Below are positions 13,225 through 26,359 of a stretch of DNA of 64,000 bases, piece by piece. The notes beneath the pieces are model-generated. The model saw only the letters and a list, made by a program, of their open reading frames with translations. It had not been told where the DNA came from and made no database searches. Numbering within the stretch: position 1 is the stretch's first letter; each line of letters begins with the position of its first letter. The stretch is from Squalus acanthias. Lineage: Eukaryota. Made by a program: the position numbers and the translations under genes. The stretch is taken from assembly GCA_030390025.1 (NCBI GenBank), contig CM059432.1, forward strand, positions 108,750,001 through 108,814,000. The letters are read 5' to 3'.

Positions 13225-14845
13225 GAGAGTATCTGGCCATTATCCCTACTCTCTGTCTCCTGCCGCTCTGCCAATTTACTAACCAGGTCAATAATTTGCC
13301 CTCAATTCCATGAGCTTCAATTTTAATAAACAGTCTCTTATGAGGGACTTTATCAAATGCCTTCTGGAAGTCCATATAAATAATATCCATAGACATTCTC
13401 CTGTCCACTATATTAGTTACCTCTTCAAAAAATTCAATCAGGTTTGTCAGGTATGGCCAACCCTTTTACAAATCCATGTTTGCTCTCTCTGATCAGCTGG
13501 AAATTTTCAAGGTGTTCAGTCACTCTATCCTTAATTATAAACTCTTGTAATTTCCCAACAACAGATAATTGGTTTCCCTCGCTCACCTTTCTTAAATAGC
13601 GGAGTGACATGCAATTTTCCAATCTAAAGTAACAGTTCCTGAATTGCGAGAAATTTGGAAGTTCATAGTTAGGGCATCTGTAATGTTCTCACCTACTTAC
13701 ATCTGGTCTTGAGGAATTGCCACTCTTTAGTGCCATTATTTTCTTCATTACTGTTAATTTGCTTACGTTAATTTTGCTGAGACCCCGTCCCTGATTCAAT
13801 ATTAGTTTCCTTGGGATGTCTTCCTCTACTGTAAATACTGACGCAAAGTCATTACTTAACATGTGCACCATTTCCTTGTTTTCATTTATAATATCACCAT
13901 TGTCAGTTTTTAAGGGGTCCACATTGCTCTTAACCATCCACTTTATCCTAATTTAATTGTAAAAGTTTTTTGTGTTGATTTTAATATCCCTTGCAAGTTT
14001 CTTTTCATACTCCCTTTTTGTATCTCTTGCTATCTGTTTTGTTGCCCTTTGCTATTCTTTGTATCTTTCACATTTGCCAGGATCTGTGCTTTTTTTGCAT
14101 TTTTGTATGCTTTTTCTATTAATTTTATGTTGTCCCTTACCTCTTTAGTTGTCCATGGCTGTTTTTTGGGAAGTAGAGCTCTTCGGGGTATAAACTGGTT
14201 CTGTATCACATTAATTTTGTTTTGAGCACCTCCCACTAATCTTCTGTCGTTTTATCCAGTAACAGATTTGCCCAGTTTACTGTGGACAGTCTTTATCTCA
14301 TCTTGTTGAAGTCGGACTAAATCTAAAATCTTAGTAGCTGTTTCGCGTTTCTCCCTTTCAAACACTACGATGAACTCAATCATATTATTGTTTAATAAAT
14401 ATTCACGCACCGTTAGGCTCTGCCTCATTGCTCATTATTAAATCTAATATAACCTGCCCCCTTGTTCCTAGGACATATTATTGTAGTAAACTATCCTGAA
14501 AACACTCAAGAAATTCGCTACCTTTATGACATGAGCTCGTCTGCTTATCCCAATCGATATGGAAGTTAAAATCCCTCATTGAAACCACTCTGCCTTTACT
14601 ACATGCTTGTCTATTCTCTTCATTAATACATTCTGCCGATTCACAGCTGCTACCAGGGGGCCTATACACAACTCCCACTACAGTCTTAAATCCTTTCCTA
14701 TTTGTTAATTCTACCCATAAAGTCTCCAGTGCTTGCTTACCTCTCATTATATCATCTCTTATCAAAAAAGTATTTTCATCCTTAATCACTAATGCTACTC
14801 CTCCTCCTCTGCCAGATTCACTATCCTTCCTGTAGACTTTATAAT
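13225..14845 (-). mobile_element. Older degenerate CR1 LINE ORF2 (endonuclease to RT N-terminus)
   Basis: VYRKD...RGGGVAL, VVYRPPGS, DFNF, HGFVKG and MDFQKAFDKVPH in broken frames. Confidence 0.88.
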
Positions 14846-15186
14846 CTGGAAAGGCGGCAGCCAATTTTCGCACAGCAACTTCCCACAAACACCAATGTGA
14901 TAATGACCAGATCATTTGTATTTAGGTGTTGATTGAGGGATAAATATTGACCAGGACACTGGGGAGAATGCTCCTGTAATTCTTCGAATACTGCCATGGG
15001 ATCTTTTATGTCCACTTGCGAGGGCAAACGGGGCCTCGGTTTAAAGTCTCATCCGAAAGACGGCACTTCCGACAGTGCAGCACTCCCTCACTACTGCACT
15101 ATAGTGCCAGCCTAGATATTGTGCTCATGTCACTGGAGTGGGACTTGAACCCACAACCTTCTGGCTCAGAGGCGAGAGTGCTGACA
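14846..15186 (-). mobile_element. Deu-domain tRNA-derived SINE (SacSINE1/AmnSINE-like)
   Basis: The reverse strand has B box ggttcaagtccc and the Deu-like core tcggatgagac..taaaccgagg...aaagatcccatggca. Homologous to the 25623 and 61434 copies. Confidence 0.82.
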
Positions 15187-16249
15187 CCATATTAGAATGA
15201 TGCTTAATAGGGTGTTGCTACCTATTTCTTCCACTTATGTTCTCTGATTTTTAATTAATTATATTTTGTCTACTTTTAATTATTTGCCCATTATTTTTGA
15301 CTCTTTAATCACAAATGTGCCTCTTTTTTCTGGGTATTTTAGGTGTTTTTCTTATAAAAGTCAGCCTGTGCTAATGTGTGTCTCAGTTGACCTTTCACCT
15401 AACCTTGGATTGGTCCCGCTGTCCTCAGGAATATTTATAAATAGCTGAAACAACAACTTTTATTTATATAGCACCTTTAATGTTGTAAAACACCCCAACA
15501 AACATAAGCATTTCACTGGGACACTTTAGTCAGTGTGAGGTATAGTTATTGGCAGATTTTGAGCTCTGCAAGTTTTGGGATTTCACAATTGGGTTTATCT
15601 ATTAATGGAAATGTACTAACTGATCTCCTGTGACCTTATTTATTGATGAATCAAAGGTTACTGTGTTGCAAGGTGGCACTGCTGGAGTGCGGAATTGAAA
15701 GAACTTGCAAAGAGCTTTGTAAGAGATCTCTTGAGAGACAGGGGAGTAAGCATTTTTTGATTGACTTCTGGAAAATATATGTCTTGTTTTGCTTGCGGAG
15801 ATTTGTTTTGCTTACCCAGTGGAGGTAGATAAATAAATGCCACAATTACTTAAATAAATCTCTGCATATAATATGAGAGTGAAGCTCCTTACTGTCCATT
15901 TGTTTATGATAGGGCTCTTTATAGTGAAGGCTAAGAAACAAAAAAACTTGAGATTAATAATTTTTTCATTAGCCCTTTTCTTTCTTTACCAATATCTCTC
16001 CGACAGCACTTTGTTTATTTAAGCTGTCCCCATTGGTAAAAGATTTTATAATCACAACTTTTATTCAAATTTCCCTCCAAAATAAGATAATGATAAAGGC
16101 CCCAAAAACCGATTGGCTGTTCCGGCAGAATCCGGCATAACTGCTGGAATGTCGGAAACTTGACTGGGAGCCGATTATGAGGTTTCTGGTATGACCATCT
16201 TGTGTGGTGGGGTGAGGGTGGTAAGGGGAGAGGGGAGGAGTAATGGTGG

Positions 16250-16840
16250 GAGGAGGAGGTGGAGTGGGAGAGGGTAGGGGAAGGGGTAGGGGTAGGGGAT
16301 GGATGAAGTGGGGTAGGGGTAAGGGGAAGGGGTAGGGAATGGATGAAGTGGGGTGGGGGGAAGGGGTAGGGGATGGATGAAGTGGGGTGGGGTAAGGGGA
16401 AGGGGTAGGGGATGGATGAAGTGGGGTGGGGTAAGGGGAAGGGGTAGGGGATGGATGAAGTGGGGTAGGGGTAAGGGGAAGGGGTAGGGGATGGATGAAG
16501 TGGGGTAGGGGTAAGGGGAAGGGGTAGGAGATGGATGAAGTGGGGTGGGGTAAGGGGTAGGGGATGGATGAAGTGGGGTGGGGTAAGGGTAAGGGGTAGG
16601 GGTAAGGGGAAGGGGTAGGAGATGGATGAAGTGGGGTGGGGTAAGGGTAAGGGGTAGGGGATGGATGAAGTGGGGTAGGGGTAAGGGGAAGGGGTGGGGG
16701 TGGATGAAGTGGGGTAAGGGGAAGGGGAAGGGGTAGGGGTAAGGGGAAGGGGTAGGGGATGGATGAAGTGGGGTAGGGGTAAGGGGAAGGGGTAGGGGTA
16801 AGGGGAAGGGGTAGGGGATGGATGAAGTGGGGTAGGGGTA
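16250..16840. repeat. G-rich minisatellite (GGGGTAGGGGATGGATGAAGTGGGGTAGGGGTAAGGGGAA variants)
   Basis: Tandem array seen directly, with dense GGGG runs. Confidence 0.92.
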
Positions 16841-16948
16841 AGGGGGTGGAGTGTGGTCAGGGGGTGGAGTGTGGTCAGGGGGTGGAGTGTGGTCAGGGGG
16901 TGGAGTGTGGTCAGGGGGTGGAGTGTGGTCAGGGGGTGGAGTGTGGTC
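16841..16948. repeat. 18-bp tandem repeat AGGGGGTGGAGTGTGGTC x6
   Basis: Six perfect copies counted. Confidence 0.95.
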
Positions 16949-17786
16949 AGGGACTCTGAACCTGAAAGTTCCCGTGCCCTAGGCTTTCTTAGGGATCTAG
17001 TGTTGGCATGTATTGTTTGACCAGCTACTTGTTGTGGGACCCACCAGGGGATTCAGGCCGCCATCACAAAGATTTGGCCAAGCCATTTTCTTTTGTAATA
17101 TTAAAAGGGCCGCCTTTGTAACTCCTGTTTTTCCAGGGGGTTTCGCGTCTCCTCCGCCAAAGTTACAGTGGACGAGTGGGGGAGCCACCCACGGATGTTC
17201 ACCTCCTCTATGTTTTATACGTAGTTCGCTAGCCTGAGTCCTCAACTAACAGTGAAAGTGCTGGGAACCTGCATGAACTCGAGATTCAGGATTCTCACAT
17301 AGCCACAGGCATCCAATGGAAAACATTGTTACTGGCATTTCAAATGCAGAAAGCGCTATTGTTTATGTTGATTTAATTGTTTCCTTGTAAACGTTTACAT
17401 GTTTGCGTCTTCATTATGTTAAAACCTTAGGTTCAGTCGTAATTGCTCAACTCAGCAAAGAAAGCAAGATGGTGGCTAAAAGGATTTTCCAAAAATATTT
17501 GAAGTGATTTGATTGGTTCATTTTTTGTTGGTAAATTTTACTGACCTTCATGCTTAATTTGTTGTTTTCAGGCATCTTTAGTAGTTCTCTATTAGATCTC
17601 TGTTTTCTTCATGTTTGAGTGGTGCATTCTCTACTTGCACTTTGCAGTTGTGACAGTTACTGTTTTGTAAATACAGAATTTGAGCCAATTAGGTACAAGT
17701 GTGACTCAAAAATGTACATATAAACAGATGTGACGCCTGAGGTATGACAGCAAAATGTGATATCAGTAACATGCGGAATACTCAGT

Positions 17787-18298
17787 GGCCCTGAAAATCC
17801 ATTTGCGGCGTTTCCTGGCACGTGCTGAGATGCGCCCACCAGGAACCTCTCCTCTGACCCCATCTAAGTTCACAAGGTCAAGGGAAGGTTCTCTGTGAGG
17901 CATGGAAATGGCGAGGGCCCACACTTCTAGGGTGCCAGCCCTCTTAAAGTTCAGCTGAAGAGTAGCTGGCTAGAGTTGCTGGCCTTACCACTTTTCCGCC
18001 AGTAAATATGCTACCCACCCCAGTGACCCCACCCCCCATCCCCGACTTTGTAAGGCGGCTGCATGTAAAACAAAAGGTTCCTGTTTTGGGGTCAAGGCCA
18101 CTATTCCCAGCCTGGTCGCCCAGGTGAGCCCCACTTTCACTGCTGGTTTGGCTGCTCTACTGACCCTACTGTCCCTCAGCCCCACAAGACCAACTCCCAC
18201 AATACGCCAGGATCTGGTGTATCTGGGTCCAAGCCTAATTTCAAGCCTGCTGAAGTTATGGTGGGAGTGCACTGTAAGGGCAGTGAATTTTCAAGGGC
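17787..18298. mobile_element. Probable non-autonomous Harbinger-type element
   Basis: Ends GGCCCTGAAAAT / ATTTTCAAGGGC form an imperfect TIR. No clean TSD. Confidence 0.5.
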
Positions 18299-18361
18299 TG
18301 TATTTATATACGTGGCACTTCTCATGATAAGTCAGAGTATACACTGCTTCATAAAATCATA

Positions 18362-19243
18362 GGGGGAAAAATTTGGTTGCTTTGCGCCTCCCGTTAGCGC
18401 CCTAAGAGGGCGCTAATGGGGCGCAAAGTAACTGGTGCCCGGACGCAGCGATGTTTGCGCTGCTCGCAAAATTGACCAGACATTTTGCGGCGGCGCTAAA
18501 CACTACCGCCACGATCTCCTGCGCCCGCAGATGGTGACGTCAGTCGAACGTGCAGCACCCCAGTAGCGCCCCGGACTGGATATTGAGTGGCGCCCCCTGC
18601 CTTACCGCCTGCCGCTAGCAACGACAGGTTGAAGGGAACGTTTTGCAGTCGGGAAGGGACTGGGGGAGCACTATTTAAAGGCGGCCGCTTCCTGACTTTT
18701 TTTGTCGGCGACATTTTTGCACCACGCATTCTGAGAGAGAGAGAGACTTCTGGAGAGATTGAACGTTGTGTGAAGGAGTTTTGGGTACTGAGCAGCACTT
18801 TGCAGGTTCATTTTGATTTGACCTTCCTTGCATCGATTTAGAAGAGACTATGGGGGCTGCACTCAGCTCTTTCCCTGGGCCTGTCAATTGTTCTTTCCAG
18901 CAGAATTGATGTACAGGTTTCTCCAGGCCGAGATTCAAGGCTGCAATGAGTAGGGTGTGGATGGAGAGCAAGATCGACCCTCCCCTTTAAGAACTGGCCA
19001 GTGTGTCTGTGTTCCATTGCTGACTGACATCACATGAGCTTCGCCAGCGCTCTGAGTTAGCGCCTCGCTCCTCGGCGTTAGCGCCTTAAGAGAGGTGTGT
19101 AGCGCCTGATTTAGCGCTCCAATCACCTCCAGGGGCGATAGAAGCCAAGTTTGCAGTCGGAGGCGATAATTAGTGCCAGGCGCTAAACTTTGTGCCCGGC
19201 CAATAATTGCGCCCCAAACTGGGCGATACCGAATTTCTCCCCC
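18362..19243. mobile_element. MITE family A copy, 882 bp, ATA TSD
   Basis: TIRs GGGGGAAAAATT / AATTTCTCCCCC. ATA at 18359-61 and 19244-46. Inserted in the microsatellite tail of a minus-strand CR1. Confidence 0.88.
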
Positions 19244-19935
19244 ATAGAATCTTACAACACAGAAGGGGTCCTTCGGCCCATCATGCCTGTGCCGGCACTT
19301 TGAAAGAGCTATCCAAATAGTCTCACTCCCCTGCTCTTTCCCCATAGCCCTGAAAATATTTACTTTTCAAATATATATCCAATTCCCTTTTGAAGGTTAA
19401 TATTGAATCTGCTTCCACCACCCTTTCATGCAATGCACTCCAGATCATAACAACTCGCTGCGTAAAAAAATTCTCTTCCTCACCCCTCTGGTTCTTTTGC
19501 CAATTATCTTAAATCGGTGTCCTCTGGTTACCAGCCCTCCTGCCAGTGGAAACAGTTTCTCCCTATCTACTCTATCAAAACGCCTCATAATTTTGAACAC
19601 CTCTATTAAATTTCCCCTGAACCTCCTCTGCTCGAAGGAGAACAACCCCAGCTGTTCCAGTTTCTCCACATAACTTATCCCCGGTACCAATTTAGTAAAT
19701 TTCCTCTGCACCCTCTCTCAGGGCTTGACATCCTTCCTAAAGTGTGGTGCCCAGAATTGGTCACAATACTCCAGGTGATGCCTAACCAGTGATTTATAAA
19801 GGTTTAGTATAACTTCCTTGCTTTTGTATTTTATGCCTCTATTTATAAAGCCCAGGATCTCGTATGTTTTTTAGTAGCCTTATTGCCTTGTCCTACCACC
19901 TTCAAAGATTTGTGTATGTGAACCCTCAGGGCACC
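19244..19935 (-). mobile_element. CR1 LINE 3' fragment (tail begins about 18350, split by the MITE)
   Basis: LGLFSFEQRRFRGNLIEVFKI...TRGH motif. Confidence 0.88.
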
Positions 19936-20216
19936 CCTCTAAAATTGTGCTATTTATTTCTCGTCATTATGTCACATCATTAACTGGTGCACAGTAGATA
20001 CTCAAATTAATTTAATTGTAAAAAGAGTCTTAATGTAGCATATAAAATTGTAGATATTGCCATGTTAAATGCTATGTTCAATTGATTACTTGATGCATTT
20101 GGTCAGAACTTAATATTTACTTTATTACTGTGATATTCAAAAAATGTTTAAATCTGAGACATAAAACACAAAACACCTGGTTTGGCACATATTCAGTTAC
20201 CCCACTATGTGCGCAT

Positions 20217-20648
20217 GTGAGTGTGTGTGAATCTGTCTGTGAGTGTGTGTGCATCTGTCTGTGAGTGTGTGTGAATCTGTCTGTGAGTGTGTGTGAATCT
20301 GTCTGTGAGTGTGTGTGCATCTGTCTGTGAGTGTGTGTGAATCTGTCTGTGAGTGTGTGTGAATCTGTCTGTGAGTGTGTGTGCATCTGTCTGTGAGTGT
20401 GTGTGCATCTGTCTGTGAGTGTGTGTGCATCTGTCTGTGAGTGTGTGTGCATCTGTCTGTGAGTGTGTGTGAATCTGTCTGTGAGTGTGTGTGAATCTGT
20501 CTGTGAGTGTGTGTGAATCTGTCTGTGAGTGTGTGTGAATCTGTCTGTGAGTGTGTGTGCATCTGTCTGTGAGTGTGTGTGAATCTGTCTGTGAGTGTGT
20601 GTGAATCTGTCTGTGAGTGTGTGTGAATCTGTCTGTAAGTGTGTGTGC
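20217..20648. repeat. 22-bp tandem repeat GTGAGTGTGTGT(GA/GC)ATCTGTCT
   Basis: About 19 tandem copies seen directly. Confidence 0.95.
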
Positions 20649-21125
20649 AAATGTGAGTGTTTGTGTGAATGTGCACACACGCATGTGCTTTTTATTAATG
20701 AATAATTTCCATTTCTTGCTTATTTTTGCCTCTGGGTCATTTATTGAGTATTTTGCTCAGCTTGTGTTCTTGCATCAGCACAAGACTGAATTGAGCAACT
20801 GAATTGGTGAGGCTGCAATGTTTCACATGCTGTTATCCCTGGAGTGGTTCACTTCCAGTGAGTGCTTCAGATTCCATTTTGACATGTCAGTTTAGTGCAT
20901 CTTCCTCCATAAGATGGGTGTTGCAAGCATTACGTGATAGAGCTGCTTTGTTTGGATGTTTAGTAGGTTGAATAGATTTATGCAGCAACCGAGCAGTAAT
21001 TCAAGATCATCATGAACAAGCTGAATGCAGCACTTTCAGCAAAAGAAAATTGTGTGCATGTGTGTGTGACATCGCAAATGCAAAATACTGTTGGATATTT
21101 AGTGGAGCTTCTGTTTGGGTTTCAG

Positions 21126-21217
21126 GGGCCAGAGGAAACTCTACACACTCCGAAACCGGCACACCCGACCAGCACCAGCCTAGCCAAGCACACCCCTCCT
21201 TTTCAGTCGGGGCACAG
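21126..21217 (+). CDS. POU6F2: POU6F2 (POU class 6 homeobox 2 / RPF-1) internal coding exon, 92 bp
   Basis: Acceptor gtttcag|GG, donor CAG|gttagt. Encodes GARGNSTHSETGTPDQHQPSQAHPSFSVGAQ, closely matching the human POU6F2 segment as I recall it (GARGNPALSDPGTPDQHQASQTHPPFPVGPQ). Ends in phase 0, compatible with the next exon. Confidence 0.9.
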
Positions 21218-22380
21218 GTTAGTAGATTACAATTTTACAGGGAAGGGAGTTTGTCTACATGGTTTGTTTCTGAATGTATGCAAGTGCAAATCAAACTTTC
21301 GGTCAGAAATTTATTTTTTTGTTCAAATTCTGTCAAATTGACTGATTGTCCCAAATTAGTCAAATAGCGCAACACGTTCCGTAAATCTGTTATCACTGCA
21401 TGAGTGTGAAACAATGAGCGAGATTTGTGCCACAGTCCCAGGCAAGTGAATCTCTAAATATTTTGCACAAGGAATTGCATGCATCACTGTGAGTTTCGTG
21501 GATGGTTACCAGCTCAATGGGACAACTTTCGCTTGGTTCCATTCTTATCTATACAATTATAGCCAGAGCATCTCCAGCAATGTCTGCCCTTCCTGCCCTC
21601 ATTACCTCTAGAGTCCCCAAGTATTAGCCTTAGCCACCTCCTCTTTCTCATCAACATGCTGCCCCTTGGTGACATCATCCAAAGACATAGGGTCAGCTTA
21701 CATATTTGTGGTTGGAGCCTGGTTTTTGCATGCTGAGATGTTCTGTGGCACTAGGCAGAGTGTCTGGCCTCAGATCAGCTGTTATCATATGTCTGAATTT
21801 GTAAAATTTCCAGTGACTGCCAAAGATGCCATTAAAATAATGGAATCTTTTAGATAGCCACATAGATATCTTAGAGTTATGTAAGGTTATTAAAGTAATA
21901 TTAGACTCACATTTATGCAACAGTAAAAGGTTTAATTTTGAAGGAAATGTGAAAGAAAATGAAGACTAGTATATATTTTATATAAATAGTATTGGTCCCA
22001 TGGACCAAACATTTTGTCTTCATGGACCCCATAGTTGTGTACTATAGAGCCTCAGAGGCTAAATCTAAATCCAAGTTCGCATTAATTTGCAGATATCTCG
22101 AGTTGCTGATACTAATAGATCTTAGTGTTGTGATCTAAGATTGATCCATCAGTGAGGCAACAACGTTAAGAACAGCCTATTCCAAATGTCCAGGCCCACA
22201 AAATTCAGGCAAACAAACTGGCAAACAAGGAATAAGCACCAATAAGATTGTATTACCTGAGCTTCAAGGGCTGGTTAGCCAGGCACCAGGAGCCACATAT
22301 GACATCCCGGCATGGGTTGTCTTAGTAGATAATAAATGATCAGTTTTAATTTCCCTGTGTTATTACTAAATTGTAGTTAT

Positions 22381-25005
22381 AGAACATAGAACATAGAACA
22401 GTACAGCACAGTACAGGCCCTTCGGCCCTCGATGTTGTGCCGAGCATTGTCCGAGACCAAGATCAAGCTATCACACTCCCTATCACTCTGGTGTGCTCCA
22501 TGTGCTTATCCAATAACCGCTTGAAAGTTCCTAAAGTGTCCGACTCCACTATCACAGCAGGCAGTCCATTCCACACCCCAACCACTCTCTGAGTAAAGAA
22601 TCTACCTCGGACATCCCTTCTATATCTCCCCCCATGCACCTTATAGTTATGCCCCCTTGTAACAGCTGCCTCTACCCGAGGAAATAGTCTCTGAACATCC
22701 ACTCTATCTATCCCCCTCATCATCTTATAAACCTCTATTAAGTCGCCTCTCATCCTCCTCCGCTCTAAAGAGAAAAGCCCCAACTCCCTCAATCTTTCCT
22801 CATAAGACCTCCCCCCCAAACCAGGCAGAATCCTGGTAAATCTCCTTTGCACTCTTTCCAATGCTTCCACGTCCTTCCTATAGTGAGGTGACCAGAACTG
22901 CACACAATATTCCAAATGTGGTCTCACCAAGGTCCTGTACAGTTGCAGCATAACCTCACGGTTCTTAAACTCAAACCCTCTGTTAATAAACGCCAACACA
23001 CCATAGGCCTTCTTTACTGTTCTATCCACTTGAGTGGCAACCTTCAGAGATCTGTGGATATGAACCCCCAGATCCCTCTGCTCCTCCACGTTCCTCAGAA
23101 CCCTGCCGTTGACCCTGTAATCCTTATTCAAATTTGCCCTACCAAAATGAATCACCTCGCACTTATCAGGGTTAAATTCCATCTGCCATTTTTCGGCCCA
23201 GCTCTGCATCCTATCAATGTCTCTTTGCAGCCTACAACTGCCCTCCACCTCATCCACTACTCCACCAATCTTGGTGTCATCAGCAAATTTACTGATCCAC
23301 CCTTCAGTCCCCTCCTCCAAGTCATTGATAAAAATCACAAACAGCAGAGGACCCAGCACCGACCCCTGTGGCACACCGCTGGTAACTGGTCTCCAGTCCG
23401 AAAATGTTCCATCCACCACCACCCTCTGCCTTCTATGAGATAGCCAGTTACTTATCCAATCGGCCAAATTTCCCTCTATCCCACAACTCCTTACTTTCTT
23501 CATGAGACGACCATGGGGAACCTTATCAAACGCCTTACTAAAATCCATGTATACGACATCAACTGCTCTACCTTCATCTACACACTTAGTTACCTCCTCA
23601 AAGAATTCAATCAAATTTGTTAGACAAGACTTACCCTTCACGAATCCGTGTTGACTATCCCTGATTAAGTTGCCCCTTTCCAAATGGTCATAAATCCTAT
23701 CCCTCAGGACCTTTTCCATTATCTTACCAACCACCGAAGTAAGACTAACCGGCCTATAATTACCAGGGTCATTCCTATTTCCTTTCTTGAAGAGAGGAAC
23801 AACATTCGCCACTCTCCAGTCCTCTGGCACCATCCCCGTGGACAGTGAGGACCCAAAGATCAAAGCCAGAGGCTCTGCAATCTCCTCCCTTGCCTCCCAA
23901 AGAATCCTAGGATATATCCCATCTGGCCCAGGGGACTTATCGACCCTCAGGTTCTTCAAAATTGCTAAAACATCTTCCCTCAGAACATCTACCACCTCCA
24001 GCCTATCCACCTTTATCACACTCTCATCCTCAAGAACATGGCCCCTCTCCTCGGTGAACACTGACGAAAAGTATTCATTCATCACCTCTCCTATCTCTTC
24101 TGACTCCATGCACAAGTTCCCACTACTGTCCTTGACTGGCCCTACCCTCACCCTGGTCATTCTTTTATTTCTCACATAGAGTAAAAAGCCTTGGGGTTTT
24201 TCTTGATCCGACCCGCCAAGGACTTCTCACGCCCCCTCCTAGCTCTCCTAAGCTCTTTTTTTAGCTCATTCCTTGCTACCTTGTACCCCTCAATCGACCC
24301 AACTGAACCTTGTTTTCTCATCCTTACATACGCTTCCTTTTTCCTCTTGACTAGACATTCAACCTCTTTTGTGAACCATGGTTCTCTCACTCGGCCATTT
24401 CCTCCCTGCCTGACAGGGACATACCTATCAAGGACACGCAGTAATTGCTCCATGAAAAAGCTCCACTTTTCGTTTGTGCCTTTCCCTGATAGTTTCTGTT
24501 CCCATCTTATACTCCCTAATTCTTGCCTAATCGCATCATAATTACCCCTCCCCCAATTATAAACCCTGCCCTGCCGTATGGCCCTATCCCTCTCCATTGC
24601 AATAGTGAAAGTTACCGAATTGTGGTCACTATCTCCAAAGTGCTCTCCCACATACAAATCAAACACTTGGCCCGGTTCATTACCCAGTACCAAATCCAAC
24701 GTGGCCCCACCTCTTGTCGGCCTATCCACATATTGTGTCAGGAAACCCTCCTGCACACACTGTGCAAAAACTATCCCATCCGAACTGTTTGACCTATAAA
24801 GGTTCCAATCAATATTTGGAAAGTTGAAGTCACCCATGACAACTACTCTGTGACCTCCACACCTATTCATAATCTGCTTTGCAATTTCTTCCTCCACATC
24901 TTTATTACTATTTGGGGGCCTGTAGAAAACTCCTAACAACGTGACCGCTCCTTTCCTATTTCTAACTTCAGCCCATATTACCTCAGACGGCAGATCCCCC
25001 TCGAA
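22381..25005 (-). mobile_element. Young HER1-like CR1 LINE, 2.6 kb, most of ORF2 with a single frame break
   Basis: ORF 24172..25026 (endonuclease: YRPPN, GDFN, SDH) and ORF 22463..24175 (570 aa, RT). Tail gggccgaagggcctgtactgtgctgtactgttctatgttcta. Confidence 0.95.
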
Positions 25006-25622
25006 CCTAATTAAAGGGAAAACCACTGTATATCAGAGTGCATCAAGCATACTCATGCAAATAACATACTGCTCTCAAATTTGTCATTGATATTTGTCCA
25101 GTTTGTCCGTCTGGGATACTTTTATTAGCCCTGTTCACAGTCCTGCACACTGATGTTGAGTGCAATTCTGTTCACCATGGTGCAGAAAATCAATACTCTT
25201 CGATGTGGCAGTTTAGCACTGGTATATTAATATGTACGACAGAATTTAAATCGAACACCTTTGTACCAGCATACTAGAATTACAGCTGGGGATTGGGGAG
25301 AAACTAGTCAACAGGGAGATTAAAGAGCCACATAATCTCCCCTCTCCCCACAAAAACACACACGCACCCCAGCGAGATATCAGAAAAATGAGAAATGTGT
25401 TGCATGCTTCCAAGTACGTTGAAGCCTGTCAGGCTCAGGGTGTGGAAGTCTTACTTTATTTGAATTGATTTTCAGATAACGGCTTTTGGACAAACTCAAC
25501 ACTGTAAATTTGGTGAAAGTAGCTGTGCAGCGCTGAAAACAGTCGCTGCTTCAAAATCAATAAAATTACCGTGACATCCCTTTGGTGGGAATAACTAACG
25601 CCCTTTCCAACATGGCTTAAAT

Positions 25623-26255
25623 CAGCCATGGTTCAGTGGTAACGATCTCGCCTCTGAGTCAGAAGGTCGTGGGTTCAAGCCCAACTCCTGAGATTTGAGT
25701 ACATAAATTAGGCTGCCGTTTCAGTACAGTGTTGAGGGAATGCTGCACTGTCAGAAAGTGCCGTCTTTTAGTTGAGACTCTCAAGATCCCATGGCACTAT
25801 TTCGAAGAAGAACAGGGAGTTTTCCCCAGTGTCCTGGCGAATATTTATCCCTCAACCAACACCTAAAAAAATCAGATCTGGTCATTATCACATTGCTGTT
25901 TGTGGGAGCTTGCTGTGTGCAAATTGGCTGCCACATTTCCCTACATTACAACAGTGGATCATAGAATCATAGAATGGTTACAGCACGGAAGAAGGCCATT
26001 CGGCCCGTCAAGCCCATGCCGGCTCTCTGCAAGAGCACCTCAGCTAGTCCCACTCCCCCGTATTTTCCCCGTAGCCCTGCAAATTTTTTTCCTTCAGGTA
26101 CTTATCCGACTCCCTTTTGAAAGCCATGATTGAGTCTGCCTCCACCACCCTTTTGAAGTGACTAACTTCAAAAAATACTTCATTGGCTGTAAAGCGCTTT
26201 GGGACATCCTGAGGTTGTGAAAGGTACTCTACAAATGCAAGTTGTCTTGTTCTTT
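25623..26255 (+). mobile_element. Deu-domain tRNA SINE containing a minus-strand CR1 tail insertion (25957-26156)
   Basis: A box tggttcagtgg, B box ggttcaagccc, tail gtaaagcgctttgggacatcctgagg. AGTG is duplicated around the insert. Confidence 0.85.
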
Positions 26256-26359
26256 CCATCATCGATATGTATGGTTTTCTCATCATACTTGGTTTTCTCA
26301 TCATACTTGTACATGTATATATACACACCAGCACGTCATCCATAATGTTGCTCACAGAA

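Noticed and set aside
20117..20684. His/Thr-rich ORFs
   Set aside because: Translation of the 22-bp TG-rich repeat.
25623..25700. tRNA gene
   Set aside because: The A and B boxes continue into a SINE body; it is a tRNA-derived SINE head.
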